Source: Rikenellaceae bacterium (lineage in GTDB: Bacteria; Bacteroidota; Bacteroidia; Bacteroidales; Rikenellaceae). Taken from it: 64,000 nt of DNA. Every line of letters begins with the position of its first letter. Within the stretch, counting starts at the first letter, position 1. Of this stretch, positions 38,934 to 47,681 are shown piece after piece. The notes below the pieces were generated by a model. That model worked only from the letters and a program-made list of their open reading frames with translations. It was not told the origin of the DNA and searched no databases. Made by a program: the position numbers and the translations under genes. The stretch lies in the NCBI GenBank assembly GCA_015059715.1, contig SUZV01000003.1:33544-97543 (forward strand), in the 5' to 3' direction.

Positions 38934-40088
38934 ATGACAAAAATTTTACTCCTTTCGCAGTCAAAAAGTATGCTCAACGCACTTAGCGAGCGTCTCCACG
39001 AGGAGAACTTCGCAACCATCGAAACAGATACCGCTCAGTCGGCCATGGAGATATGCCGCACCGAAGAGCCCGATGCCGTCATCGTTGATGACCCCACAGA
39101 GCTTGCCGACACAGGGGTACCGACTATCGTCATAGTGCGTAAGGCCGAGGTCGACACCGCCATCGAGGCACTGCGGCGCGGTGCTATAGACTACCTCTCT
39201 ACACCCATCGACATGAACCGACTACTCGGCACACTCCGCACCCTGCGCAGCGACTCTCAGAGCGACACCCTTAGCGACATCCTGCCTCGCCAACGCGCGA
39301 CACGCAACCTCTCAAAACGCACGAACTGTGCCACACAACCCATCATAGGGCACTCTTCAGCAATTGAGCACGTGCGCGAGATGATACGTCGCGTAGCACC
39401 CTCCGATGCTCGCGTCCTGGTGCTTGGCGAGAATGGCACGGGCAAGGAGCTCGTGGCCCGATGGCTACACCTGAAGAGCTGCCGATGCCAAGCCCCCTTT
39501 GTCGAGGTAAACTGCGCCGCTATACCTGCCGAACTTATCGAGAGCGAGCTCTTTGGCCACGAAAAGGGGTCGTTCACCTCGGCAGTAAGGCAGCGTAAGG
39601 GCAAGTTCGAGTTGGCCGATGGCGGCACACTATTTATGGATGAGGTGGGCGACATGTCGCTCTCGGCACAGGCCAAGGTACTCCGCGCCCTACAGGAGAA
39701 TAAGATTACGCGCGTGGGTGGAGATAGGGATATCTCGGTAGATGTGCGCGTTGTGGCGGCGACAAATAAGAATATACGCAACGAGATTGAGCGAGGCAAC
39801 TTTCGCGAGGACCTCTACCACCGCCTTAGCGTCATCGAGATAGATGTTCCCCCACTGCGCGATAGGCGCGACGACATAGGCCTACTCGTAGAGCACTTTA
39901 TCGAGGAGATATGCTCGCGCCAAAACATCACCACGAAGCATATCGACACCGAGGCCATCGAGATTCTTCGCTCGAGACAGTGGTCGGGCAATATCCGCGA
40001 GCTACACAACGTCATCGAGCGACTCATCATCCTTAGCGACGAGAACATCACTGCCGAGTGCGTGAGGCTATACTGCCACGTGCGATAA
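38934..40088 (+). CDS. Sigma-54-dependent AAA+ transcriptional activator with a degenerate receiver domain and no recognisable C-terminal HTH
   Basis: Walker A GENGTGKE, Walker B LFMDEV, GAFTGA-equivalent GSFTSA, and R-finger region FREDLYHRL. The protein ends about 15 aa after the AAA+ lid. Confidence 0.85.
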   Translation: MTKILLLSQSKSMLNALSERLHEENFATIETDTAQSAMEICRTEEPDAVIVDDPTELADTGVPTIVIVRKAEVDTAIEALRRGAIDYLSTPIDMNRLLGTLRTLRSDSQSDTLSDILPRQRATRNLSKRTNCATQPIIGHSSAIEHVREMIRRVAPSDARVLVLGENGTGKELVARWLHLKSCRCQAPFVEVNCAAIPAELIESELFGHEKGSFTSAVRQRKGKFELADGGTLFMDEVGDMSLSAQAKVLRALQENKITRVGGDRDISVDVRVVAATNKNIRNEIERGNFREDLYHRLSVIEIDVPPLRDRRDDIGLLVEHFIEEICSRQNITTKHIDTEAIEILRSRQWSGNIRELHNVIERLIILSDENITAECVRLYCHVR

Positions 40089-40126
40089 TGGTGGTGTTTC
40101 TACAAGGTTGATTTAAGTAATTTTGG

Positions 40127-40786
40127 TTATTTTAACAATATATCCCTAAGCTCTCCTACATTCGTAACGACACATTTAGCTCCAGCATCGTATAGCTCGT
40201 CAGCAAAGCGGAAACCCCACGCTACGCCCACCGAAGCTATATCCGCCGCTGCCGCAGTGCGTATATCTATACCCGAATCACCAACCATAATGGCACGTGA
40301 TTTTTCGACATTAGCAATACCCAGTATATTGGTTATTATCATTGGGTCTGGCTTAAGCGGTGCGCCCTCGCGATTTCCCTCGATAGCGACAAAGTCGATA
40401 TCCGAGAAGAACTTCTCGACAAGGCGGTCTGTGCCGTGCTGAAACTTATTAGATGCTACGGCCACCATTACACCCTTGCTACGAAGCTCGCCTAACAGCT
40501 CACACATACCCTCGTAAGGCAGAGTGTGGCAATCTATGTTATCGACATAGTAGCGTCGAAACTGCGCCACACACTCCTCGACATAGGCTTCGTCACAGGC
40601 TAAATGTGGTGGCAGGGCGCGCTCCACTAAGCGTTTTATGCCTCCGCCCACCATCTGGCGATATTCGGCATCGGTATGCTCGGGCAGGTTACGGCTACGC
40701 ATAACATAGTCTACCGAGGCGGCTAAGTCGCCTATGGTATTGAGCAGCGTGCCATCCAAATCGAAAATAACTAAGTCGTATCTCAT
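40127..40786 (-). CDS. HAD-superfamily hydrolase, phosphoglycolate-phosphatase-like
   Basis: DLVIFDLDGTLLNT (motif I), VASNK (motif II), and MVGDSGIDIRTA (motifs III/IV). Confidence 0.8.
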   Translation of the reverse strand: MRYDLVIFDLDGTLLNTIGDLAASVDYVMRSRNLPEHTDAEYRQMVGGGIKRLVERALPPHLACDEAYVEECVAQFRRYYVDNIDCHTLPYEGMCELLGELRSKGVMVAVASNKFQHGTDRLVEKFFSDIDFVAIEGNREGAPLKPDPMIITNILGIANVEKSRAIMVGDSGIDIRTAAAADIASVGVAWGFRFADELYDAGAKCVVTNVGELRDILLK

Positions 40787-40871
40787 ATCAAAGCTATATA
40801 TATCGACACAAAGATAAGAAAAGATGAGATATTTTCATCACTTGACACACCACATCAAGCAAAAAGTCTGC

Positions 40872-40974
40872 TGTTGTAGAGGTCTTGATAAAGATATTGC
40901 CCCGAATGTGGCATACATCGACGTATCCCATTCGGGGCAATAATTTAGAGGTCGCAGATGACCCCTCTACAACA
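40872..40974. repeat. REP-like compound palindromic element, copy A
   Basis: Inner stem ATTGCCCCGAATG / CATTCGGGGCAAT. Outer 11-bp stem TGTTGTAGAGG / CCTCTACAACA. Core GATAAAGA-ATTGCC...GGCAAT-ATT-AGAGGTCGCAGATG is shared with 58184-58269. Ends 3 nt from the stop codon of the OMP gene. Confidence 0.75.
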
Positions 40975-40976
40975 AA

Positions 40977-41579
40977 TTAAAAGTTGTAGGTACAGGTAAC
41001 GGCCAAATTAGCCAATCCGAGAGTGTTGTAAGAGGCCTCACGCCAACCCTTGCCATAAACAAAATTAGGACCTACAACAGGTGTCCAATCGGCTGAAAGT
41101 GTGATAGGTACATCGGGGAAGTTAAAGCCAAGACGCGCCATACCTGCAAGACCAACATAGGCGAAGTGCTCTTTACCACCGACATTAACACCTACACCTG
41201 CATCAAAGAACCAATCACCATAAGAGGGTGTCCAGTCCATTGTGAATACTCTCCAGTTGTGCAGCACAGTAAAATCTGCCGTAACAAAGGCATCGTAGTG
41301 AGTACGAACAGATGCCGCACGTGTAGTCATATCCATAAAGTCGAAGCCCTCAGTGCCATTGTAGCCGATGCTATCTCCGCCATAATCAATACCGTAAGAG
41401 CTGACATAACGATTGAGCCACGAAGCACCAAAGCGAGCCTCGATGTAGCATTTATCGTTATACTTATACTGACCTACAGCCTGAACACCTGAACCTAAGC
41501 GTAGACCAACAGAGAACTCCTGTGCAAATGCAGAGGTAGCAAATACCACCGCCAATAGAAGTAGTGTTAACTTTTTCAT
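40977..41579 (-). CDS. Small outer-membrane beta-barrel protein (porin/opacity-like)
   Basis: Signal peptide ...ATSAFAQEF, alternating amphipathic strands, and the terminal beta-signal TCTYNF. Paralogue of 41674..42123. Confidence 0.7.
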   Translation of the reverse strand: MKKLTLLLLAVVFATSAFAQEFSVGLRLGSGVQAVGQYKYNDKCYIEARFGASWLNRYVSSYGIDYGGDSIGYNGTEGFDFMDMTTRAASVRTHYDAFVTADFTVLHNWRVFTMDWTPSYGDWFFDAGVGVNVGGKEHFAYVGLAGMARLGFNFPDVPITLSADWTPVVGPNFVYGKGWREASYNTLGLANLAVTCTYNF

Positions 41580-41618
41580 AGCTAATATATTAAGATATAT
41601 CAAGTTTATCCAATGATT

Positions 41619-41652
41619 AGGGACTGCCTAACAACAGTTGTTGACAGTCCCT
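41619..41652 (-). terminator. Hairpin between the two OMP paralogues
   Basis: AGGGACTG / CAGTCCCT with an internal CAACA/TGTTG extension. No T-tract. Confidence 0.4.
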
Positions 41653-41673
41653 TAAGCGATTTATACTCCTCGA

Positions 41674-42123
41674 TTAGAAGTTGTAAGTACAAGTTAGAGC
41701 AAAGCCATAGAAGCCGCTACCCCAAGCGTTGTGCAAGAAGAAGATGGTAGGACGGTAGTCCAACGAGAGAGTAACAGGCTTGTTGAAACGAATACCGAAG
41801 GCCACATCACCTGCCACACCTACATTGAAATATTTGCGAGCCATAACAGCCGAAGCACCAACACCTGCTGAGAGGAACCACTTACCAGCTCTTGGAGTCC
41901 AGTTCCACTCGAAGCAATTCCAGTTGTATGTAGCATTAACATCGAATGTATCGAAGCCGTAAAGACCAAGGTTTGCCTCAAGATAGTTCTTAGCTGAGAA
42001 GTGACGCTCGTACTGAAGTTCAGCACCGTAACCGAGACGAAGACCGATAGAGTTCTTATAGTCCTGAGCAAAAGCAGATGTAGCAAACAAGGCTACTGCA
42101 ACAACAAGTAAAAACTTTTTCAT
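41674..42123 (-). CDS. Small outer-membrane beta-barrel protein, paralogue
   Basis: Signal peptide ...ATSAFAQDY and the same C-terminal TCTYNF. Confidence 0.7.
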   Translation of the reverse strand: MKKFLLVVAVALFATSAFAQDYKNSIGLRLGYGAELQYERHFSAKNYLEANLGLYGFDTFDVNATYNWNCFEWNWTPRAGKWFLSAGVGASAVMARKYFNVGVAGDVAFGIRFNKPVTLSLDYRPTIFFLHNAWGSGFYGFALTCTYNF

Positions 42124-42162
42124 AACTTATAGATTTAAATTAAAAAATGTCGAACGATAGGA

Positions 42163-42170
42163 CAAATATA
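42163..42170 (-). promoter_or_regulatory. Putative -7 promoter box for the OMP gene pair
   Basis: Minus-strand TATATTTG about 39 nt upstream of ATG 42123. Confidence 0.35.
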
Positions 42171-42221
42171 ATACAAAATTTACAAATCACAAACAATGGC
42201 TCAATAAAAAATATCCCTGCA

Positions 42222-42262
42222 CAAAAATAAAACGCCGTGAATAGATATTCATCACGGCGTTT
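42222..42262 (-). terminator. Rho-independent terminator after the (GGDN)n lipoprotein gene
   Basis: 11-bp stem AAACGCCGTGA / TCACGGCGTTT followed on the minus strand by TTATTTTTGT. Confidence 0.75.
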
Positions 42263-42285
42263 GTATATTGTATCAGCACTCTATA

Positions 42286-43890
42286 TTAACGAAGCGTAGT
42301 GAAGGGCTCTAACTCTATAAACGAGGCTCCGTTATTCATATCGACAACCTTTATGCAGATAGTATATGAGGTGCCATACTTCAAGTAGTCCCACTTGTAG
42401 TCTACCTGCGATTCGAGGAACTGTCGCATAGAGTCGTAGCTAAGGGCTGGGATTAGCGACAACATACACTCCTCATAAGACTCGTAGCCAGCCATAGCGT
42501 ACTTACCATCCTTTATCTCCTGAAGGTTTGCCGTCTCCATCATCGCCATGTAACAGCACCATACGTTATCGCCCAACGTGCAGTCAAAAACGATATCGTT
42601 AGCATGTATCTCCTTAATATTGACATCTACAGTACCAGTACCTGCACTCTCGGCCTCGGTGCGTATCTGCACTATCTCAACACCACCCAAGAGGTTGTTC
42701 TCCTGACCCTCGCTATAATCCATTAGTGCCGCAAGGATAAGGTAGTCCGTAGAGGAACTTACGTTCATTATATAACCTGGCACATGCTCACACATCTCGC
42801 CATTGCGCCAGTCGAAGGTGCGCTCACCATCGAGCATAAAGCCGTAGGTAACGACCCAAGCACCAGGATTTGAGGCCGTCTGGTCGTAGACACGCTTGTC
42901 GACTACCGAGCAACGCCAATACTGACCCTCATCGGCATTTATCTTAAACTTAAAGTGTGTAGCACCCACCTCTAACACCTCGATAAGTTTATCCGAGCCT
43001 GCATTATCGCCCTCGGGGACAGCTGCTCCCGACAACAGACCGTTGTAGAGACCCTGAATACTCTTCGACGTACCATTCTCGTCGTAGGTGAGCATAAAAT
43101 AGACAGCGTAGTAACCATCAACCACATTTACAGAGGCATAGCCAGCGGTAAAGAGGTAGCCCTCGCTGTCGGCCGCTCCCATAGGGATATAACCCGACGA
43201 CTCACTGTTGATGGTAAATGGGTTACCAGTGTTATCAAGTTTATACTGACCATAGGGCAGGTAGCTCGACATCGTCTCATCAATGGTGTAGAAGTCTAAA
43301 ATAATACGGTCGCCATTGTCACGCACCAACGTCACATAGTAGTTATAAACCTCATACCAGCGACCATCCTGCGTCTTAACAATTTCTACAGTCTCAACAC
43401 CATCGATATCTGGAAGCTCCGTATTACCGCCATTATCGCCGCCATTATCACCGCCGTTATCGCCACCGTTGTCGCCGCCATTGTCGCCACCGTTATCGCC
43501 ACCACTATCGCCGCCATTTCCGTCACCCTTCATAGTGGTAAACTTCACATTCTCGGATAACGTAGCCCCCACGCTATTGCGTGCCGCAGCAATGACATAG
43601 TATGTACTCTCGGATTTAAGGCCCTCGACCTTAATCGTAGAGCCATCGCCCTCGACCTTAACACCATCGGTTAACACCCTCTCGGTAGATATTACATCAC
43701 CATCATAGATGATGTAGGCGCACTCGTCGGCATTGCGCGTCTTGATAGAGATTGACGCAGAGTTGCTATCGACCTCAATAAGCGTAATGCTCACCGTTGG
43801 AGCGACATTGTCCGTGTTCTTCTGACAGCCATAGAGTGCTGTAACGACACATAGGACTACAAAAAATAGTCTAAAAAATCGATTCATCAT
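42286..43890 (-). CDS. Hypothetical lipoprotein (534 aa): N-terminal FN3-like domain, (GGDN)n linker, and further beta-sandwich modules
   Basis: Signal peptide plus lipobox (VVTALYGC) at ATG 43890; the 78 codons upstream have no homology-like character. Contains GDGNGGDSGGDNGGDNGGDNGGDNGGDNGGDNGGN. Confidence 0.7.
   Translation of the reverse strand: MMNRFFRLFFVVLCVVTALYGCQKNTDNVAPTVSITLIEVDSNSASISIKTRNADECAYIIYDGDVISTERVLTDGVKVEGDGSTIKVEGLKSESTYYVIAAARNSVGATLSENVKFTTMKGDGNGGDSGGDNGGDNGGDNGGDNGGDNGGDNGGNTELPDIDGVETVEIVKTQDGRWYEVYNYYVTLVRDNGDRIILDFYTIDETMSSYLPYGQYKLDNTGNPFTINSESSGYIPMGAADSEGYLFTAGYASVNVVDGYYAVYFMLTYDENGTSKSIQGLYNGLLSGAAVPEGDNAGSDKLIEVLEVGATHFKFKINADEGQYWRCSVVDKRVYDQTASNPGAWVVTYGFMLDGERTFDWRNGEMCEHVPGYIMNVSSSTDYLILAALMDYSEGQENNLLGGVEIVQIRTEAESAGTGTVDVNIKEIHANDIVFDCTLGDNVWCCYMAMMETANLQEIKDGKYAMAGYESYEECMLSLIPALSYDSMRQFLESQVDYKWDYLKYGTSYTICIKVVDMNNGASFIELEPFTTLR
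43426..43521 (-). repeat. In-frame 12-bp tandem repeat (8 units) encoding (GGDN)n
   Basis: The plus strand reads as 12-nt units of the form RCCRCCRTTRTC. Variation between units is largely at third codon positions. Confidence 0.85.
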
Positions 43891-44130
43891 GTTATAAAGT
43901 TTTGATTGGACACAAATAGTAACACAAAGGTAGTAAAAAATTGTGATTATGCAAATAAAAGAGATAGAAAGGGATAGAGCTGTGGGTAGTGAATATTTAT
44001 GGTGGTGTTTTCTGGGGACTCTGAGGGTTACCACGCTCGGCAAAAATGCCGTCGATGGCCAGTACATTCGGGTACGTCCATTGACGGCACTTTTTATTAG
44101 CGGCAGCAGATGCGGCCCCTTCACTACAAA

Positions 44131-44679
44131 CTACCTTTTGGTTTTATACGCAGCGCGATACGACCCTCTGGCCATCTTCTGCAACTTATTCTTTATAAGG
44201 TTTCTACGCAGTGGAGCAAGATGGTCGGTAAAGACCATACCCTCGATATGGTCATACTCATGCTGGATAACTCTCGCAGGCTTGCCCGTAAACTCCTCGT
44301 CGTGCTCAACGAAGTTCTCATCGAGGTAGCGCATACGTATAGCGACAGGGCGACGCACATTCTCATGTAGGCCAGGGAGCGACAGACACCCCTCCTCAAA
44401 GAGTGATGTCTCCTCCGACTCTTCGTATATCTCGGGGTTGATAAACACCTTACGATAGTCAGCCAACGTAGGGTCATCCTCGCCCCAAGGGGTACAGTCG
44501 ACAATAAACAGGCGGATATTCTTGCCTATCTGTGGCGCAGCAAGGCCTACACCCTCGGCCTCAGCAAGCGTAGTCCACATATCCTCGATAAGCTTCTTAA
44601 GCTCGGGATAATCTGGAGTGATATCTACCGACTCATTACGCAGAATCTGCGATCCGTATATAACGATTGGATATATCAT
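44131..44679 (-). CDS. def: Peptide deformylase
   Basis: GVGLAAPQIG, EGCLSLPG, QHEYDHIEG. Confidence 0.95.
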   Translation of the reverse strand: MIYPIVIYGSQILRNESVDITPDYPELKKLIEDMWTTLAEAEGVGLAAPQIGKNIRLFIVDCTPWGEDDPTLADYRKVFINPEIYEESEETSLFEEGCLSLPGLHENVRRPVAIRMRYLDENFVEHDEEFTGKPARVIQHEYDHIEGMVFTDHLAPLRRNLIKNKLQKMARGSYRAAYKTKR

Positions 44680-44723
44680 GATTCAATTAGCAATTGCAAT
44701 TTGTGATTATATATAATTTCGAA

Positions 44724-45146
44724 CTACCTAAATTTGTCTGTCGAAGCCATATAGTCTTGCAGTATTATCGCCGCCGAGACCTTATCGACCAGCGACTTAT
44801 CACGACGCGCCATCTTACCTATGCCGCTCTCGAGTATCGTGCGCTGAGCAAGTACCGAGGTGAAACGCTCGTCGTAGGCCACAACTCTCTTATCGGGGTA
44901 GGCATGACGCAGACGACCTATGAGCGGCTCGACAAAGCGCATAGTATCCGAAGGCGAACCATCCAGGCGGCGAGGATAGCCTACAACGATAGTCGAGACC
45001 TCCTCGCGACTAAAATAGTCGGCAAGATAACGCTCCAAAACCTTTGTATCGACCGTCTCCAAGGGCTGGGCAATGATGCCCAGAGTGTCGGTAACAGCAA
45101 GGCCTGTGCGCTTGGTGCCGTAGTCGATAGCGATAAGTCGTGGCAT
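44724..45146 (-). CDS. ruvX: Holliday-junction resolvase-like nuclease RuvX (YqgF)
   Basis: MPRLIAIDYGTKRTGLAVTD. Start set at ATG 45146. Confidence 0.9.
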   Translation of the reverse strand: MPRLIAIDYGTKRTGLAVTDTLGIIAQPLETVDTKVLERYLADYFSREEVSTIVVGYPRRLDGSPSDTMRFVEPLIGRLRHAYPDKRVVAYDERFTSVLAQRTILESGIGKMARRDKSLVDKVSAAIILQDYMASTDKFR

Positions 45147-45147
45147 A

Positions 45148-45258
45148 CTACAACAGCTTACCAACGAGATAACCTATACCATAGCCAACAGCAAAGCATA
45201 CAGCCACGATGGCGAGTATCGTCATCCACTTACGTGTTGTTTTAGGTTGCTCTGCCAT
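45148..45258 (-). CDS. Possible 36-aa single-TM micro-protein between glyQS and ruvX
   Basis: ATG...TAG frame encoding MAEQPKTTRKWMTILAIVAVCFAVGYGIGYLVGKLL. It fills the gap almost exactly (6 nt after the glyQS stop, 1 nt before the ruvX start). Below the ORF-track length cut-off. Confidence 0.3.
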   Translation of the reverse strand: MAEQPKTTRKWMTILAIVAVCFAVGYGIGYLVGKLL

Positions 45259-45264
45259 AGCCCA

Positions 45265-46809
45265 CTATGCCTTAATCTTCTTGAAGAGCTCTCTAAACGA
45301 CACCTCATTATCGACCATAGCACGCAGAGCCTCAATCTTGATACGCTCCTGAAGCATAGTGTCGCGGTGACGTACCGTTACGGTGCCATCCTCCAAGGTC
45401 TGGTGGTCTACAGTAACACAGAATGGTGTACCGATAGCATCCTGACGACGGTAACGCTTGCCGATAGAGTCCTTCTCGTCATAGGCGATATTGTAGTCAT
45501 ACTTAAGCTCGTCGATAATCTGACGCGCCACCTCTGGAAGGCCATCCTTCTTAACCAATGGCATAACGGCAACCTTCGTAGGAGCAAGGGCCGCAGGGAT
45601 GCGCAACACTACGCGCTCCTCGCCATTATCGAGCTTCTCCTCGGTGTAGGCAGCCGACATAATCTGTAGGAACATACGGTCAACACCGATAGAGGTCTCA
45701 ACAACGTATGGCACATAGCTCTCGCCACGCTCAGGGTCGAAGTACTGAATCTTCTTGCCCGAGTACTCCTGGTGACGACCAAGGTCAAAGTCTGTACGCG
45801 AGTGGATACCCTCAACCTCCTTAAAGCCGAAGGGGAAGTTAAACTCCACGTCGGTAGCTGCATTGGCATAGTGCGCCAACTTATCATGGTCGTGGAAGCG
45901 GTAGTTCTCGTCGCCAAAGCCCAAAGCACGGTGCCAAGCCATACGTGTATCCTTCCACTTCGACCACCACTCCATCTCGGTACCTGGCTGCACGAAGAAC
46001 TGCATCTCCATCTGCTCGAACTCGCGCATACGGAAGATAAACTGACGAGCAACAATCTCGTTACGGAAGGCCTTACCAATCTGAGCAATACCGAAAGGTA
46101 GCTTCATACGGCCCGTCTTCTGCACATTGAGGTAGTTAACAAAGATACCCTGCGCAGTCTCGGGACGTAGATATACAGTGTTAGCACCATCTGCCGTAGA
46201 GCCCATCTGCGTAGAGAACATAAGGTTGAACTGGCGCACATCGGTCCAGTTGCGTGTGCCCGAGATTGGACACACTATCTCGCAGTCGAGGATTATCTGA
46301 CGAAGTTCGGCAAGGTCGTTACTATTCAATGCCTCTGTAAAGCGCGTGTGGATAGCATCCATCTTAGACTTAATCTCCAATACGCGAGGCGATGTGGCAA
46401 GGTACTGCTCCTCGTTGAAATTCTCCTTGAAACGCTTGCGCGCCTTCTCTACCTCCTTAGCAATCTTCTCCTCCTGCTTAGCCATCCAATCCTCAACAAG
46501 CACATCGGCACGGTAACGCTTCTTCGAGTCCTTGTTATCGATAAGCGGATCGTTGAAAGCTCCCACGTGGCCCGAAGCCTCCCAAGTCTTTGGATGCATA
46601 AATATCGCCGCGTCGATACCTACGATGTTGTCGTTGAGCTTAACCATCGAGTCCCACCAGTAACGCTTAATGTTATTCTTAAGCTCCACGCCATTCTGGC
46701 CATAGTCGTATACAGCACCAAGGCCATCGTAAATCTCGCTCGATGGGAATATAAAGCCATACTCCTTGCAGTGAGCGATAAGTTTCTTAAACAACTCTTC
46801 CTGTGTCAT
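45265..46809 (-). CDS. glyQS: Glycine--tRNA ligase (dimeric class II type)
   Basis: GFIFPSSEIYDGLGAVYDYGQNGVELKNNI, FRNEI, and a C-terminal anticodon-binding domain. Confidence 0.95.
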   Translation of the reverse strand: MTQEELFKKLIAHCKEYGFIFPSSEIYDGLGAVYDYGQNGVELKNNIKRYWWDSMVKLNDNIVGIDAAIFMHPKTWEASGHVGAFNDPLIDNKDSKKRYRADVLVEDWMAKQEEKIAKEVEKARKRFKENFNEEQYLATSPRVLEIKSKMDAIHTRFTEALNSNDLAELRQIILDCEIVCPISGTRNWTDVRQFNLMFSTQMGSTADGANTVYLRPETAQGIFVNYLNVQKTGRMKLPFGIAQIGKAFRNEIVARQFIFRMREFEQMEMQFFVQPGTEMEWWSKWKDTRMAWHRALGFGDENYRFHDHDKLAHYANAATDVEFNFPFGFKEVEGIHSRTDFDLGRHQEYSGKKIQYFDPERGESYVPYVVETSIGVDRMFLQIMSAAYTEEKLDNGEERVVLRIPAALAPTKVAVMPLVKKDGLPEVARQIIDELKYDYNIAYDEKDSIGKRYRRQDAIGTPFCVTVDHQTLEDGTVTVRHRDTMLQERIKIEALRAMVDNEVSFRELFKKIKA

Positions 46810-46893
46810 AAAAATATATCGTTTTTGTTACTATTATCTACTCTCAATTTTCGATTTGAGGTCGCCTACGGCCCGAGGCCGAATATCAACCTG

Positions 46894-46901
46894 CAAAGAT
46901 A
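46894..46901 (-). promoter_or_regulatory. Putative -7 promoter box for glyQS
   Basis: Minus-strand TATCTTTG about 84 nt upstream of ATG 46809. Confidence 0.35.
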
Positions 46902-46925
46902 GTAATTTTTCGCTTAATAGCCTAC

Positions 46926-47582
46926 CTATTTCACAAGATTATGTCCTCGGAACGAGTAATGGCTGCCACGCGCTATTATCACGTGGTCCAAAAGACGTAT
47001 CTCGAAGAGGGCCGCAGCCTCCGCCACACGCTCCGTAAGCGTTATATCCTGCGAGCTCGGCTCGGTACTACCCGATGGATGGTTATGCACAATAACAATC
47101 TGTACGGCAAGCAGCTCCAACGCCCTCTTAATTATCAGTCGACAATCTACTACCGTCGACTGCACACCTCCCTGGCTTATGCGCATACGCTCCAACACAC
47201 GCCCCGAGGATGCAAGGTATAGCACCCAACACTCCTCGTGCTGAAGCGACCCTATAACTGGCTCCATAAGGCGCACAACATCTCTGTCCGAGGCCACGAC
47301 ATCGTGCATCGAGGCACTTGCCACTACAACCCTACTACCCAACTCTACCGCAGCCTTAATCCTCAACGCCTTAGCCTTACCTATGCCACCAATCATACGC
47401 AATCGCGCAAGGTCACACCCTGCAACACCAACGAGCTTACCTCCGCACTCTGCCATAAGGCCTTGGGCCGCAGCCACAGCAGCATCGTCGCTCGGCGACT
47501 CTGAAATGATTGTTGCGATAAGCTCCTCGTCGGTGAGGGCCGCAGCTCCACGTGAGCTAAGTTTATCTACGATACTTCTCAT
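46926..47582 (-). CDS. radC: RadC-family JAB/MPN domain protein
   Basis: HhH-like N-terminus and the JAMM motif IVHNHPSGSTEPSSQD. Confidence 0.85.
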   Translation of the reverse strand: MRSIVDKLSSRGAAALTDEELIATIISESPSDDAAVAAAQGLMAECGGKLVGVAGCDLARLRMIGGIGKAKALRIKAAVELGSRVVVASASMHDVVASDRDVVRLMEPVIGSLQHEECWVLYLASSGRVLERMRISQGGVQSTVVDCRLIIKRALELLAVQIVIVHNHPSGSTEPSSQDITLTERVAEAAALFEIRLLDHVIIARGSHYSFRGHNLVK

Positions 47583-47616
47583 AATAGACTATTTAGAGGT
47601 GTACAGACAAACAAAA

Positions 47617-47653
47617 GTAGCAAATATTTTATCAAACGACAAATATTTGCTAC
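47617..47653 (-). terminator. Rho-independent terminator after rnc
   Basis: Perfect 13-bp stem GTAGCAAATATTT / AAATATTTGCTAC followed on the minus strand by TTTTGTTTG. Confidence 0.75.
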
Positions 47654-47681
47654 TCAATTATTAGGCGACTATGCTACCACG

